Below are positions 1-8,343 of a DNA stretch of 32,000 nt, one piece after another. Numbering within the stretch: position 1 is the stretch's first letter; each line of letters opens with the position of its first letter. Source of the DNA: Kineococcus radiotolerans SRS30216 = ATCC BAA-149 (GTDB taxonomy: Bacteria; Actinomycetota; Actinomycetes; Actinomycetales; Kineococcaceae); assembly GCF_000017305.1 (NCBI RefSeq), contig NC_009664.2:3450001-3482000 (forward strand), written 5' to 3'. The translations under genes were made by a program, and so were the position numbers. The notes under the pieces were generated by a model. It had not been told where the DNA came from, made no database searches, and worked only from the letters and a program-made list of their open reading frames with translations.

Positions 1-849
1 ATCGCCTTCCTCGGCTCGCAGGAGCAGAAGGAGCGCTGGCTGCCGCCGATGGCGCGGCTGGAGGTGCTGGGCGCGTTCGGGCTGACCGAGCCCGACCACG
101 GCTCCGACGCCGTCGCGCTGGCCACCACCGCCCGACGCGAGGGGGACGAGTACGTCCTCGACGGGGCCAAGCGGTGGATCGGCTTCGGGACGGTTTGCGA
201 CGTGTGCGTGGTGTGGGCCCGCGGCGAGGACGGCCAGGTCCAGGGCTTCCTCGTCGAGCGGGGGACCCCGGGGTTCGAGGCGAGGGTCATCGAGGGCAAG
301 GCGTCCCTGCGCGCCATCCACAACGCCGACATCACCCTCACCGGCGTGCGGGTCCCCGCCGCGAACCGGCTGCCCGGGGCGAACAGCTTCCGCGACACCG
401 GACGGGTGCTGTCCGCCACCCGCGCCGGGATCGCCTGGGGGGCGCTGGGGCACGCCACCGCCGCCTACGAGACCGCGCTGGCCTACTCCCTGGAGCGGAA
501 GCAGTTCGGCCAGCCCCTCGCCTCGTTCCAGCTCGTGCAGGACAAGCTGGTGCAGATGCTCGCCGAGGTCACCGCGATGCAGCTGTTCTGCGTGCGGGTC
601 GGCAAGCTCGCCGACGAGGGGCGGCTCACCGACACCCAGGCCTCGCTGGCCAAGGTGAACTCCACCCGCAAGGCCCGCGCCGTCACCGCGATGGCGCGCG
701 ACCTGCTCGGCGGCAACGGGATCCTGCTCGAGCACCGGGTGGCCCGGCACATGGCCGACGTCGAGGCGCTGCACACCTACGAGGGGACGGAGTCGATCCA
801 GACCCTCATCGTCGGGCGCCACCTCACCGGGATCTCCTCCTTCACCTGA
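1..849 (+). CDS. acyl-CoA dehydrogenase, glutaryl-CoA dehydrogenase-like (5' end outside window)
   Basis: The frame is open from nt 1 (IAFLGSQEQKERWLPPMARLEVLGAFGLTEPDHGSD...). The C-terminal block ARDLLGGNGILLEHRVARHMADVEALHTYEGTESIQTLIVGRHLTGISSF is typical of the ACAD/GcdH family. GC3 is near saturation. Stop codon TGA at 847-849. Confidence 0.85.
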   Translation: MAFLGSQEQKERWLPPMARLEVLGAFGLTEPDHGSDAVALATTARREGDEYVLDGAKRWIGFGTVCDVCVVWARGEDGQVQGFLVERGTPGFEARVIEGKASLRAIHNADITLTGVRVPAANRLPGANSFRDTGRVLSATRAGIAWGALGHATAAYETALAYSLERKQFGQPLASFQLVQDKLVQMLAEVTAMQLFCVRVGKLADEGRLTDTQASLAKVNSTRKARAVTAMARDLLGGNGILLEHRVARHMADVEALHTYEGTESIQTLIVGRHLTGISSFT

Positions 850-881
850 GGGTCCGCGACGGCCGGCCGCTCACCCGGGGC

Positions 882-2855
882 TCACACCTTGAAGCGGCCG
901 ACCAGCGCCCGCACGTGCTCGGCCGACCCCGCCACCTGGCGCGAGCACGCGTCGGTCTCGGCGGCGCTGGCGGTGGTGCGCTCGGCGACCCGGGCGACCT
1001 CGCCGATCGTCCCGGCGATCGTCCGGGTGGCCGACGCCGCGCGCGACACCCCGCTCGCGAGGTCGCCGGTCACCGCGGACTGCTCCTCCACGGCCGCCGC
1101 GACGGTCGCCTGGATCTCGTCGAGGCGGTCGATGACGGTGCCGATGTGCGCCACCGAGCCCGAGGCCTGCGAGACGCTGCCCTGCAGCGCCTCGATCTTG
1201 CGCTCGATGTCCTCGGTGGCCCGCGCGGTCTGGAGGCTGAGCTCCTTGACCTCCCCGGCCACGACGGCGAAGCCCTTGCCCGCGTCGCCGGCCCGGGCGG
1301 CCTCGATCGTGGCGTTGAGGGCCAGCAGGTTGGTCTGCTGCGCGATGGAGGTGATGGCGGCGACGATCTCGCTGATCTCGGCCGAGCTGGAGGACAGCTC
1401 GGCGATGACCCGCTCGGTGGAGCGGGCGGTGTCCACGGCCTCGGCGGCGATCCGGGAGGCCTCGTGGGTCCCGCGGGCGATCTCGGAGATGCTCGCGCCC
1501 ATCTGCTCGGTCGCGGCCGAGATCCCGGTGACCTCGCCGCTGGCGGTGTCGGCCTGCTCGGCGACGACGCCGGAGCGCTGCGCGGTGTCCTGCACGTCCT
1601 CCCCGAGGCGCCGGCTGGTCTCGTCGAGGGTGGAGGCCGCCCGGTCGAGGGTGGCGGCCTCGACGGAGACCTCGCGGACGGTGGCGGCGATGGTCTCGGC
1701 GAACCGGTTGAAGGCCCCGCCGAGCTCGCCGAGCTCGTCGCGGCGGGTCTCGTCGACGCGCTTGGTCAGGTCGCCGTCGCCGTCGGCGATGTCGGTCAGG
1801 CTGTCGCGCAGCCGCCGGATCGGGCGGCCGATCCCCGTCCCGATGACCCAGGTCACGATCCCGGCCACGAGGACGGCGAGCAGGCCCAGCAGCAGGGTCG
1901 TGGTGCGCAGCGAGTGGCTGGCGGCCAGCGCGGCGGAGCGGGGGGCGCTCACGAGCAGGGTCCAGGTCTGCTCGCCGGTGACGGCCACGGGGGCGACGGC
2001 GGTCAGCGCGTCCCCGCCCAGGACGGCGTCCTCGCCCGAGCGCGTCGCGGTCTCCCCCGAAGCGGTCACCTCGGCGGCGAGGCTCTTCGCCCAGCCCGCG
2101 GCGGCGGTGCCGAGGAGGTCCTCGCGGGGGTGGGTCACGAACGTGCCCCGGTCGGTCAGCAGCGAGGCGTAGCCGGTGCCGTAGGGCCGGACCTCGGCCA
2201 TCGACGTGGTGAGGCCGGCCAGCGACAGGTCGGCGGTGACGACGCCGAGGAACGTCCCGTCCACGACGACCGGGGCCGCCGCGGTGCTCATGAGGACGTC
2301 CACCCCGTCGACGGCGTAGGTGTAGGGCTCGGTGAAGAGGACCTCCCCCGTCTCCTTCGGCGTCCAGTACCAGGTGCTCGCGGCCGGGTCGTCCAGGCCG
2401 GTGAGCGGGGCGAGGGCGACGTCGTTCCCGCTGCGGTACCAGTAGGGGACGAACCGGCCGCTGGCGTCGGTCGTGGCGTCGGTGCCCGCGCCGGCGGCGA
2501 ACTCCGCGTCGCGGCCGTCGAAGGCGTTCGCCTCCCACCCCGTGCTGACTCCGAAGAACCCCGGGTGCGTGAGCAGGGACTGGCGGACCAGCTCCGAGGC
2601 GGCGGGGCGGGTGAGCCCGCCCTGGCGGTGCAGGGTGGCGAGCGTGCCGGCGAGGTCGGTGACGGTGCGGACCGCCCCGGCCAGCTCCTCCCGCACGTCG
2701 CCCGCGCTGGTCCGCGCCAGCTGGGAGGTGTAGCGGGTGGCCTGCTGCTCCCCGAAGGAGCTGCTGCGCGCGGTGACCACCACGACGAGGAGCGTCACGG
2801 TGGTCACGACCATCGCCAGCGTGCTCGCGACGAGGCGGGTCCTGATGCTGCGCAC
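882..2855 (-). CDS. methyl-accepting chemotaxis protein (N-terminal TM, Cache-like periplasmic domain, HAMP, MCP signalling domain)
   Basis: 657 aa. It has the highly conserved MCP hairpin motif [34 protein letters not shown] and a HAMP-like segment [26 protein letters not shown] after the second TM. The ligand domain has Cache-like PYWY/EPYTY blocks. GTG start at 2853-2855 with a GGGAG SD. Confidence 0.9.
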   Translation of the reverse strand: MRSIRTRLVASTLAMVVTTVTLLVVVVTARSSSFGEQQATRYTSQLARTSAGDVREELAGAVRTVTDLAGTLATLHRQGGLTRPAASELVRQSLLTHPGFFGVSTGWEANAFDGRDAEFAAGAGTDATTDASGRFVPYWYRSGNDVALAPLTGLDDPAASTWYWTPKETGEVLFTEPYTYAVDGVDVLMSTAAAPVVVDGTFLGVVTADLSLAGLTTSMAEVRPYGTGYASLLTDRGTFVTHPREDLLGTAAAGWAKSLAAEVTASGETATRSGEDAVLGGDALTAVAPVAVTGEQTWTLLVSAPRSAALAASHSLRTTTLLLGLLAVLVAGIVTWVIGTGIGRPIRRLRDSLTDIADGDGDLTKRVDETRRDELGELGGAFNRFAETIAATVREVSVEAATLDRAASTLDETSRRLGEDVQDTAQRSGVVAEQADTASGEVTGISAATEQMGASISEIARGTHEASRIAAEAVDTARSTERVIAELSSSSAEISEIVAAITSIAQQTNLLALNATIEAARAGDAGKGFAVVAGEVKELSLQTARATEDIERKIEALQGSVSQASGSVAHIGTVIDRLDEIQATVAAAVEEQSAVTGDLASGVSRAASATRTIAGTIGEVARVAERTTASAAETDACSRQVAGSAEHVRALVGRFKV

Positions 2856-2864
2856 GGGTGTGCT

Positions 2865-2906
2865 CCCGGTGGTCGAGGGGTGTCTCGGGATCCCTCGACC
2901 ACCGGG
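2865..2906 (-). terminator. strong stem-loop (15-bp perfect inverted repeat, 12-nt loop) downstream of fadB and abutting the MCP ribosome-binding site
   Basis: CCCGGTGGTCGAGGG (2865-2879) and CCCTCGACCACCGGG (2892-2906) are perfect reverse complements. The hairpin lies 47 nt after the fadB stop. There is no U-tract, which is common for actinobacterial hairpin terminators. One arm overlaps the GGGAG SD of the MCP gene. Confidence 0.45.
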
Positions 2907-2952
2907 GCGGGCGGTTTGAGCCCGCGCGGGGGACCGCGGCGGCGGGCCGGGG

Positions 2953-4998
2953 CTACCCCGCGGGGTGGAACCGGCGCCCGGTGACGCGTTCGGAGGCCCC
3001 CACCCGGTCCAGGTAGGGGGTGATCCCCCCGGTGAACAGCGGGTGCCCGGTCCCCAGCACGAGGCACACGTCGACGTCCTCGGGACCGGCCACGACCCCC
3101 TCGTCGAGGACGCGGCGGACCTCGTCGGCCAGCGCGTCCTGCACCCGGTGCAGGACCTCCTCGCGCGTCAGGGGGGAGGACCCGACCTCGAAGAGGCCCT
3201 CGTCGGCGCCCGTGGCCGCGACCGGCCCCTTGGGCGTGACGAGGGCGGGCCCACCGGCCTCGACCCAGCGCCGCAGGTTGCCCGAGACGCGGTAGCGGTC
3301 GGGGAACGCGGCGGCGAGGGTCTCGTGGACGTGCAGCATGACCGCGGGGCCCACGAACGAGGCCAGCCGGAACGGCGACATCGGCAGCCCGAGGGGGTCC
3401 AGGCTGCGCTCGACCTCCAGCAGCGGGGTCCCCGCGTCCAGCGCCCGGACGACCTCGTCGAACATCCGCGTCGAGATCCGGTTCACCACGAACGCGGGGG
3501 CGTCCTGCACGAGCACGCAGGTCTTCTTCAGCCGCGCGCCCACGGCGAACGCCGTCGCCAGGGAGGCCTCGTCGGTCTCGGGGGTCCGCACGACCTCCAC
3601 CAGCGGCAGCACCGCGACGGGGTTGAAGAAGTGGAACCCGACGAAGCGCTGCGGGTGCTCCAGCACCGAGGCCATGGCGGTCACCGACAGGGAACTGGTG
3701 TTGGTGGCGATCACGGCGTCCGGGCGCAGCAGCGGTTCCAGCTCCCGCAGCACGTCCTGCTTGACCGCGAGCTCCTCGAAGACGGCCTCGACGACGAAGT
3801 CCGCGTCGGCCAGGGCGCTCTTGTCCACCGAGCCCGACACCGAGGCCGACAGCCGGTTGGCGGTGTCGGGGGAGACGCGTCCCTTGCGCAGGAGCTCGGC
3901 GACGCCCTCGCGGACGAACCCCACGCCCTTCTCCACCCGGTCGGGGGAGACGTCGGTGAGGACGACCGGGACCTGCAGCCGGTGCAGGAGCAGCAGCGCC
4001 AGCTGCGAGGCCATGAGCCCCGCGCCGACGACGCCGACGCTGGTGACCTTCCGGGCGAGGTCGCGGGCCGGGGCCCCGGCGGGTTTCTTCGCGTAGCGCT
4101 GGACGAGGTCGAAGGCGTAGAGCCCCGCCCGCAGCTCCCCGGAGACGATGAGGTCGCCCAGCGCGGCCTCCTCGGCGGCGAAGTGGGTCTCGCGGTCGGC
4201 GGTGCGGGCGGCGGACAGCAGGTCCAGGGTCCGGTACGGCGCCGGGGCGGCGCCGTGGACGCGGGCGTCGGCGACGGCCCGGCCGCGTTCGATCGCGGCG
4301 GTCCACGTCGTCTCGTCGGCGAGGTCGCGACGGGTCACCGGGGTGGTCCCGGCGAGCACGGACGCGGTCCAGCGCAGCGACTCCACCAGGAAGTCGGCGG
4401 CCTCGAACCGCGCGTCGACGATCCCGGCCTCGAAGGCCTGCGGCCCGGTCAGCGTCCGGTTGTTCGCCAGGGCGTTCTCCACGGCCACCTGCACCGCGAC
4501 GTCGGGCCCCGCGATCCGCGGCAGCAGGTACGTCCCGCCCCAGCCGGGGACCAGCCCGAGGTGCGCCTCGGGCAGCCCGAGGCCGCGCACCTGCTCCGAC
4601 ACCGTCCGGTAGGTGCAGTGCAGGGCCGTCTCCAGCCCGCCGCCGAGGGCGAGGCCGTTGACGTAGGCGAAGGTGGGGACCGGCGACGTGGCGAACCGCC
4701 CGAGCACCCGGTGGCCGAGCTCGGCGGTGGCCACGGCGTCCTCGCGGGAGGTGGTGCGCGCGACGGACTTCAGATCCGCGCCGGCGCAGAACACCCCGTT
4801 CACCCCGGTGACCCCGATGGCGACGAGTCCCTCGTCGGCGACGAGGCGCTCGGCCTCGTCGACGGCCCGTTCCAGCGCGAGCAGCGTCTCCGCCCCCAGC
4901 ACGAAGGGTTTCCGCGGGTCCCCGGGGTCGAGGGTCAGCAGGGCCATCCGCCCGGCGCCGGCGGCGGGCAGGTCCAGGGTGCGCACGTGCACGGGCAT
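2953..4998 (-). CDS. fadB: bifunctional enoyl-CoA hydratase / 3-hydroxyacyl-CoA dehydrogenase (FadB-type)
   Basis: 681 aa. The N-terminal crotonase fold has the FCAGADL motif. The central NAD-binding motif is [17 protein letters not shown], followed by [13 protein letters not shown]. The ATG at 4996-4998 overlaps the upstream thiolase stop (TGATG). The remainder of the 1149-aa track ORF upstream is a shadow frame. Confidence 0.9.
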   Translation of the reverse strand: MPVHVRTLDLPAAGAGRMALLTLDPGDPRKPFVLGAETLLALERAVDEAERLVADEGLVAIGVTGVNGVFCAGADLKSVARTTSREDAVATAELGHRVLGRFATSPVPTFAYVNGLALGGGLETALHCTYRTVSEQVRGLGLPEAHLGLVPGWGGTYLLPRIAGPDVAVQVAVENALANNRTLTGPQAFEAGIVDARFEAADFLVESLRWTASVLAGTTPVTRRDLADETTWTAAIERGRAVADARVHGAAPAPYRTLDLLSAARTADRETHFAAEEAALGDLIVSGELRAGLYAFDLVQRYAKKPAGAPARDLARKVTSVGVVGAGLMASQLALLLLHRLQVPVVLTDVSPDRVEKGVGFVREGVAELLRKGRVSPDTANRLSASVSGSVDKSALADADFVVEAVFEELAVKQDVLRELEPLLRPDAVIATNTSSLSVTAMASVLEHPQRFVGFHFFNPVAVLPLVEVVRTPETDEASLATAFAVGARLKKTCVLVQDAPAFVVNRISTRMFDEVVRALDAGTPLLEVERSLDPLGLPMSPFRLASFVGPAVMLHVHETLAAAFPDRYRVSGNLRRWVEAGGPALVTPKGPVAATGADEGLFEVGSSPLTREEVLHRVQDALADEVRRVLDEGVVAGPEDVDVCLVLGTGHPLFTGGITPYLDRVGASERVTGRRFHPAG

Positions 4999-6209
4999 CA
5001 GTTCGCCCCTCCCCAGTTCGGGTTCTCCCACAGGACGGAGCCGCCCTGGCCCAGGCCCACGCACATGGCGGTGAGGCCGTAGCGGACCTCGGGGTGCTCG
5101 GAGAACTGCCGGGCCAGCTGGGTCATGAGCCGGACCCCGGAGGCGGCGAGCGGGTGCCCGATGGCGATCGCCCCGCCGTAGGGGTTGACCCGTTCGTCGT
5201 CGTCGGCGATGCCGAAGTGGTCGAGGAAGCTGAGGACCTGCACGGCGAACGCCTCGTTGAGCTCGAAGAGGCCGATGTCGTCGATGCCCAGCCCGGCCCG
5301 GGCGAGGACTTTCTCGGTGGAGGGGATGGGGCCCAGGCCCATGACCTCCGGCTCGACCCCGGCGAAGGCGAACCCCACCAGTCGCATCCTCGGCGTCAGG
5401 CCCAGGTCGGCGGCGGTCTCCTCGGCGGCCACGACGCAGGCGGTGGCGCCGTCGGTGAGGGGGGAGGCGTTGCCGGCGGTGACCCGCCCGTGCGGGCGGA
5501 ACGGGGTCTTGAGGCCCGCCAGCGCCTCCAGGGTGGTGCCGGGGCGGGCGAGCTCGTCGGCGGTGGCCAGGCCCCAGCCCTTCTCCGCGCTGGGCGAGGC
5601 GACGGGGACGAGGTCGGCGCCGACCTGGCCGTTGGCGACGGCCTTCGCGAACTTGGCCTGGGAGTTCACCGCGTACTCGTCGGAGCGCTGCTTGGTGAGC
5701 TGCGGGAAGCGGTCGTGCAGGGCCTCGGCGGTCTTGCCCATGTCGAGGGCGTCGGGGGAGACGATGCGCTCGGTGAGGAAGCGGGGGTTGGGGTCCATGC
5801 CCTGGCCCAGCGGGTGGTGGCCCATGTGCTCCACCCCGCCGGCGAGGGCGACGTCGAGGGCCCCCACCGCGATCGAGGCCGCGGTGGTGGTCACGGCGGT
5901 CATCGCCCCCGCGCACCAGCGGTCGATGGCGTAGCCGGGCGTGGTGACCGGCAGCCCGGCGAGCAGCGCCGCGCTGCGCCCGAGGACCAGGCCCTGGTCC
6001 CCGGACTGGGTGGCCGCGGCGATCGCGACCTCCTCCACCCGTTCGGGCGGTAGGGACGGGTTGCGGCGCAGGAGCTCGCGCAGGCAGGCGACCACGAGGT
6101 CGTCGGCGCGGGTCTGGGCGTGCAGGCCGTCGGGGCGGGCCTTGCCGAACGGGGTGCGGACGCCGTCGGCGAAGACGACGCTCCGACCCGGGGCGGGGGT
6201 GTGGACCAC
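4998..6209 (-). CDS. fadA: acetyl-CoA C-acyltransferase (3-ketoacyl-CoA thiolase)
   Basis: 403 aa. Thiolase signatures include the active-site region IDRWCAGAM and the C-terminal NPYGGAIAIGHPLAASG...TAMCVGLGQG. GTG start with a GAGGAGG SD 4 nt upstream. Translationally coupled to fadB. Confidence 0.9.
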   Translation of the reverse strand: MVHTPAPGRSVVFADGVRTPFGKARPDGLHAQTRADDLVVACLRELLRRNPSLPPERVEEVAIAAATQSGDQGLVLGRSAALLAGLPVTTPGYAIDRWCAGAMTAVTTTAASIAVGALDVALAGGVEHMGHHPLGQGMDPNPRFLTERIVSPDALDMGKTAEALHDRFPQLTKQRSDEYAVNSQAKFAKAVANGQVGADLVPVASPSAEKGWGLATADELARPGTTLEALAGLKTPFRPHGRVTAGNASPLTDGATACVVAAEETAADLGLTPRMRLVGFAFAGVEPEVMGLGPIPSTEKVLARAGLGIDDIGLFELNEAFAVQVLSFLDHFGIADDDERVNPYGGAIAIGHPLAASGVRLMTQLARQFSEHPEVRYGLTAMCVGLGQGGSVLWENPNWGGAN

Positions 6210-6304
6210 AGGACCTCCTCGTCACTGGTGCTGGCGGGCACCACCGTACGCGGTACCGCCGGTCACAGGTAACTGGCGGGGTCCTCGGGGCCCCCACCCG
6301 GCCC

Positions 6305-7273
6305 TCACCCGGCGGCTTCCGTCGCCAGCCGGGCCAGCAGGTCGGCGTTGGGTTCCACGGTGAGGACGGAGTCGAAGTACAGCTGGTTGGACTCCTCCTC
6401 ACCCAGCTCCACGACGCGCCCGGAGCGCACGACGTCGAGCCGCTGGAAGCCCTCGCGGGCCCGCAGGGCGTCGGTCGCCGCGCGGCCGGCGCCGAAGTCC
6501 AGCAGCACGAGCAGGTCGCCCTCCAGTTGCTCCAGCCGCTCCTCGGAGAGCGGGTCGACGGCCTCGTCGGGGGTGGCCTGCGCGGGCAGGGCGGGCAGGC
6601 CGAGGGCCGCGGCGGCCCGGCCCGCGGGGGAGCGGTCGTTCAGGACGTAGAGGCTGCCGTCGTCGAAGGCGGCCACGGTGCGCAGCGTCACGCCCCGGGC
6701 GGCGGCGGGCAGCGCGGCGGCCCGCGCGGCGACGGCGGCCTCCGCCGAGGCGATCCGGCGCGCGGCCTCCTCCTCGAGGCCCACGGCGCGCGCCACCTGC
6801 TGGAGGTTGGTGCGCCAGTCGATGAAGCTCGTCACGACGGTCGGCGCGACCGCGGAGTAGGTGGCGAGGTTGTCGTCGGTCGCGAAGCCCCGCTGCACGA
6901 GCAGCAGGTCCGGGGACCAGAGGGCGACCTGCTCGAAGTTCGTCTCCCCGGCGAGCGGGTAGGAGGGGACGCCGCGGGCGAGCTCCCGCACCCAGCTGCG
7001 CAGGGGGTCGTTGCGCTGGCCGAAGCCCACCGGCCTCACGCCGAGGGCGAGCAGCGAGCAGAGCTCCGCGCCGTCGGTCGCGCACGCGACGCGCTGCGGG
7101 CGCTCCGCGAGCTCGGTGCGGCCCAGCTCGTGCTCGACGGTGCGCGGGAACGTCCCGGCCGCGCCGGTGCCCGCGGTGGCGCTGCCGGCACCGGCGGGTT
7201 CCGCCGAGCAGGCGGTGAGCGCGCCGAGGGCTGCGAGCGGGGTGGCGGAGAGGATGGCGCGGCGCGAGGGCAC
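6305..7273 (-). CDS. periplasmic/extracellular iron-siderophore (FecB/FhuD-type) substrate-binding lipoprotein with Tat-like signal
   Basis: 322 aa. The N-terminus MPSRRAILSATPLAALGALTAC has a twin-arginine SRRxxL motif plus an LTAC lipobox. The body resembles class III (helical backbone) binding proteins. GGGAG SD before the GTG start. No permease or ATPase genes are adjacent. Confidence 0.75.
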   Translation of the reverse strand: MPSRRAILSATPLAALGALTACSAEPAGAGSATAGTGAAGTFPRTVEHELGRTELAERPQRVACATDGAELCSLLALGVRPVGFGQRNDPLRSWVRELARGVPSYPLAGETNFEQVALWSPDLLLVQRGFATDDNLATYSAVAPTVVTSFIDWRTNLQQVARAVGLEEEAARRIASAEAAVAARAAALPAAARGVTLRTVAAFDDGSLYVLNDRSPAGRAAAALGLPALPAQATPDEAVDPLSEERLEQLEGDLLVLLDFGAGRAATDALRAREGFQRLDVVRSGRVVELGEEESNQLYFDSVLTVEPNADLLARLATEAAG

Positions 7274-7321
7274 GTCGGCTCCCGGAGGTCTCGAGAGGGG
7301 TCCGGCGAGCGCCGGGCCAGC

Positions 7322-7340
7322 GGAGGTTAGCCAAACCTCA
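7322..7340. promoter_or_regulatory. DtxR/IdeR-type iron box candidate upstream of the siderophore-binding protein gene
   Basis: GGAGGTTAGCCAAACCTCA matches the palindromic DtxR consensus TTAGGTTAGCCTAACCTAA at 15 of 19 positions by hand alignment. It sits 49-67 nt upstream of the binding-protein start, in an otherwise very GC-rich spacer. Confidence 0.55.
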
Positions 7341-7391
7341 CTCGTCCTGGCAAGGGAGTCCGGGCGCCCCAGGCCCCGGCCGCCGCGCTCC

Positions 7392-8222
7392 TCAGCCCCG
7401 GGGGCTCGGCGCGGCCTCGGCGCGGGCCTCGGCGACCCGGTGCGGCACGCGCAGCAGCCGGATCGCCGTCACCAGGACCAGACCCCCCACGAGGTTGCCC
7501 AGCGCCGACCAGCCGAGCAGACCCAGCCAGTGCCCGTACCCGAACGGCGCGCCGACGTGGAACGCGCAGAACATCAGCAGCGAGTCCAGCACGCAGTGGA
7601 ACAGCTGCGCCCCGGCGAGCAGGGCCCCGAACAGCACGGCGGGCACGAGCTTGACCCCCACGCTCTCGGTGGCGTGCTGCATGCGCGTCATGAGGGTGAT
7701 GACGGCACCGGCGAGCACCGCGAGGGTGAACGACTGCAGGTCGATGCCGAGGTCGGCGTAGTGCTGGGCGCTGCTGAGCGCGGTCGGGGCCAGGTCGGGC
7801 AGCGCCGTGACGATCAGCCAGGTGATCACCCACCCCGCGAGGAGGTTCGTCGCGAGGGTGGCCAGCCACAACCGCAGCAGCTGCGGCACCGTCCCCCGCT
7901 TGGCGACCACGGCGGTCACGGGGACGAGGAAGTTCTCGGTGAACAGCTCGCTGCGCGCCAGCAGCAGGGCCACGAAGCCCAGCGAGAACGCGAGCCCGGC
8001 CAGCAGGTGGCTGCCCGTGGCGTGCTGGACGACGAGGTAGGCCAGCAACCCCGTCCCCACGTCGATCCCGCCCAGCAGCCCGACGCTGAGCAGCGGCAGC
8101 AGCGGTCGCCGCAGCCGGTCCTCGCCCTCCTCCACCAGCCGGTCGAAGGCGTCCTCGACCTCCGCCTCCGGTTCGTCGGGGCGCTCGGCCGGGGAGGGCA
8201 AGGTGCTTCGGTCGCTGGCCAC
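7392..8222 (-). CDS. formate/nitrite transporter (FNT) family channel protein
   Basis: FNT-like core ...AFSLGFVALLLARSELFTENFLVPVTAVVAK... and multiple TM segments. I prefer the GTG start at 8220-8222, which has a GAGGAG SD 7 nt upstream. The 24 codons up to the track start at 8294 have about 30% A/T at position 3, unlike true coding sequence here. Confidence 0.8.
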   Translation of the reverse strand: MASDRSTLPSPAERPDEPEAEVEDAFDRLVEEGEDRLRRPLLPLLSVGLLGGIDVGTGLLAYLVVQHATGSHLLAGLAFSLGFVALLLARSELFTENFLVPVTAVVAKRGTVPQLLRLWLATLATNLLAGWVITWLIVTALPDLAPTALSSAQHYADLGIDLQSFTLAVLAGAVITLMTRMQHATESVGVKLVPAVLFGALLAGAQLFHCVLDSLLMFCAFHVGAPFGYGHWLGLLGWSALGNLVGGLVLVTAIRLLRVPHRVAEARAEAAPSPRG

Positions 8223-8298
8223 GGGGCGGCTCCTCGCTGCGTTCGGTCCTGCCGCGGGACCTACCCCGTTCCGGGTCCGGCAACCGGGACGCACGACG

Positions 8299-8328
8299 GC
8301 GCGGGACGGTCCGGGGACCGTCTCGCGC
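8299..8328 (-). terminator. GC-rich hairpin 16 nt downstream of the GT2 synthase stop
   Basis: GCGCGGGACGGT (8299-8310) / loop CCGGGG / ACCGTCTCGCGC (8317-8328) gives a 12-bp stem with one mismatch or wobble. It lies between the GT2 stop (8344) and the FNT start, which suggests the two genes are separate transcription units. Confidence 0.4.
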
Positions 8329-8343
8329 CGTGAGCTGGTGGTG

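Noticed and set aside
850-876. Possible terminator hairpin between the convergent acyl-CoA dehydrogenase and MCP genes
   Set aside because: The stem is interrupted by a 2x2 internal loop and several mismatches, and its apex is a loopless CGGCCGGCCG palindrome. This is too weak to call.
174-2984. 936-aa plus-strand ORF spanning the acyl-CoA dehydrogenase 3' end, the spacer and the whole MCP gene in antisense
   Set aside because: The composition is Arg/Gly/Pro/Ala-rich and low in complexity, typical of an off-frame read in very GC-rich DNA. It crosses an intergenic hairpin region and overlaps two genes with strong family motifs. I treat it as a shadow ORF.
6277-6293. GGGGTCC-TCG-GGGCCCC hairpin downstream of the siderophore-binding protein gene
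   Set aside because: On the transcribed (minus) strand the wobble pair becomes a C-A mismatch, leaving only short stems. It cannot be distinguished from background GC-rich self-complementarity.
4999-6402. N-terminal 468 residues of the 1149-aa track ORF (2953-6402)
   Set aside because: This stretch is an alternate frame over the thiolase gene. The real fadB start is the ATG at 4996-4998, which overlaps the thiolase stop. The upstream part is Arg/Pro-rich with no homology-like features.
8223-8294. Longer N-terminus for the FNT channel (track start at 8294)
   Set aside because: About 30% of the 24 extra codons have A/T at the third position, versus almost none in real genes here. A GAGGAG SD precedes the internal GTG at 8222.
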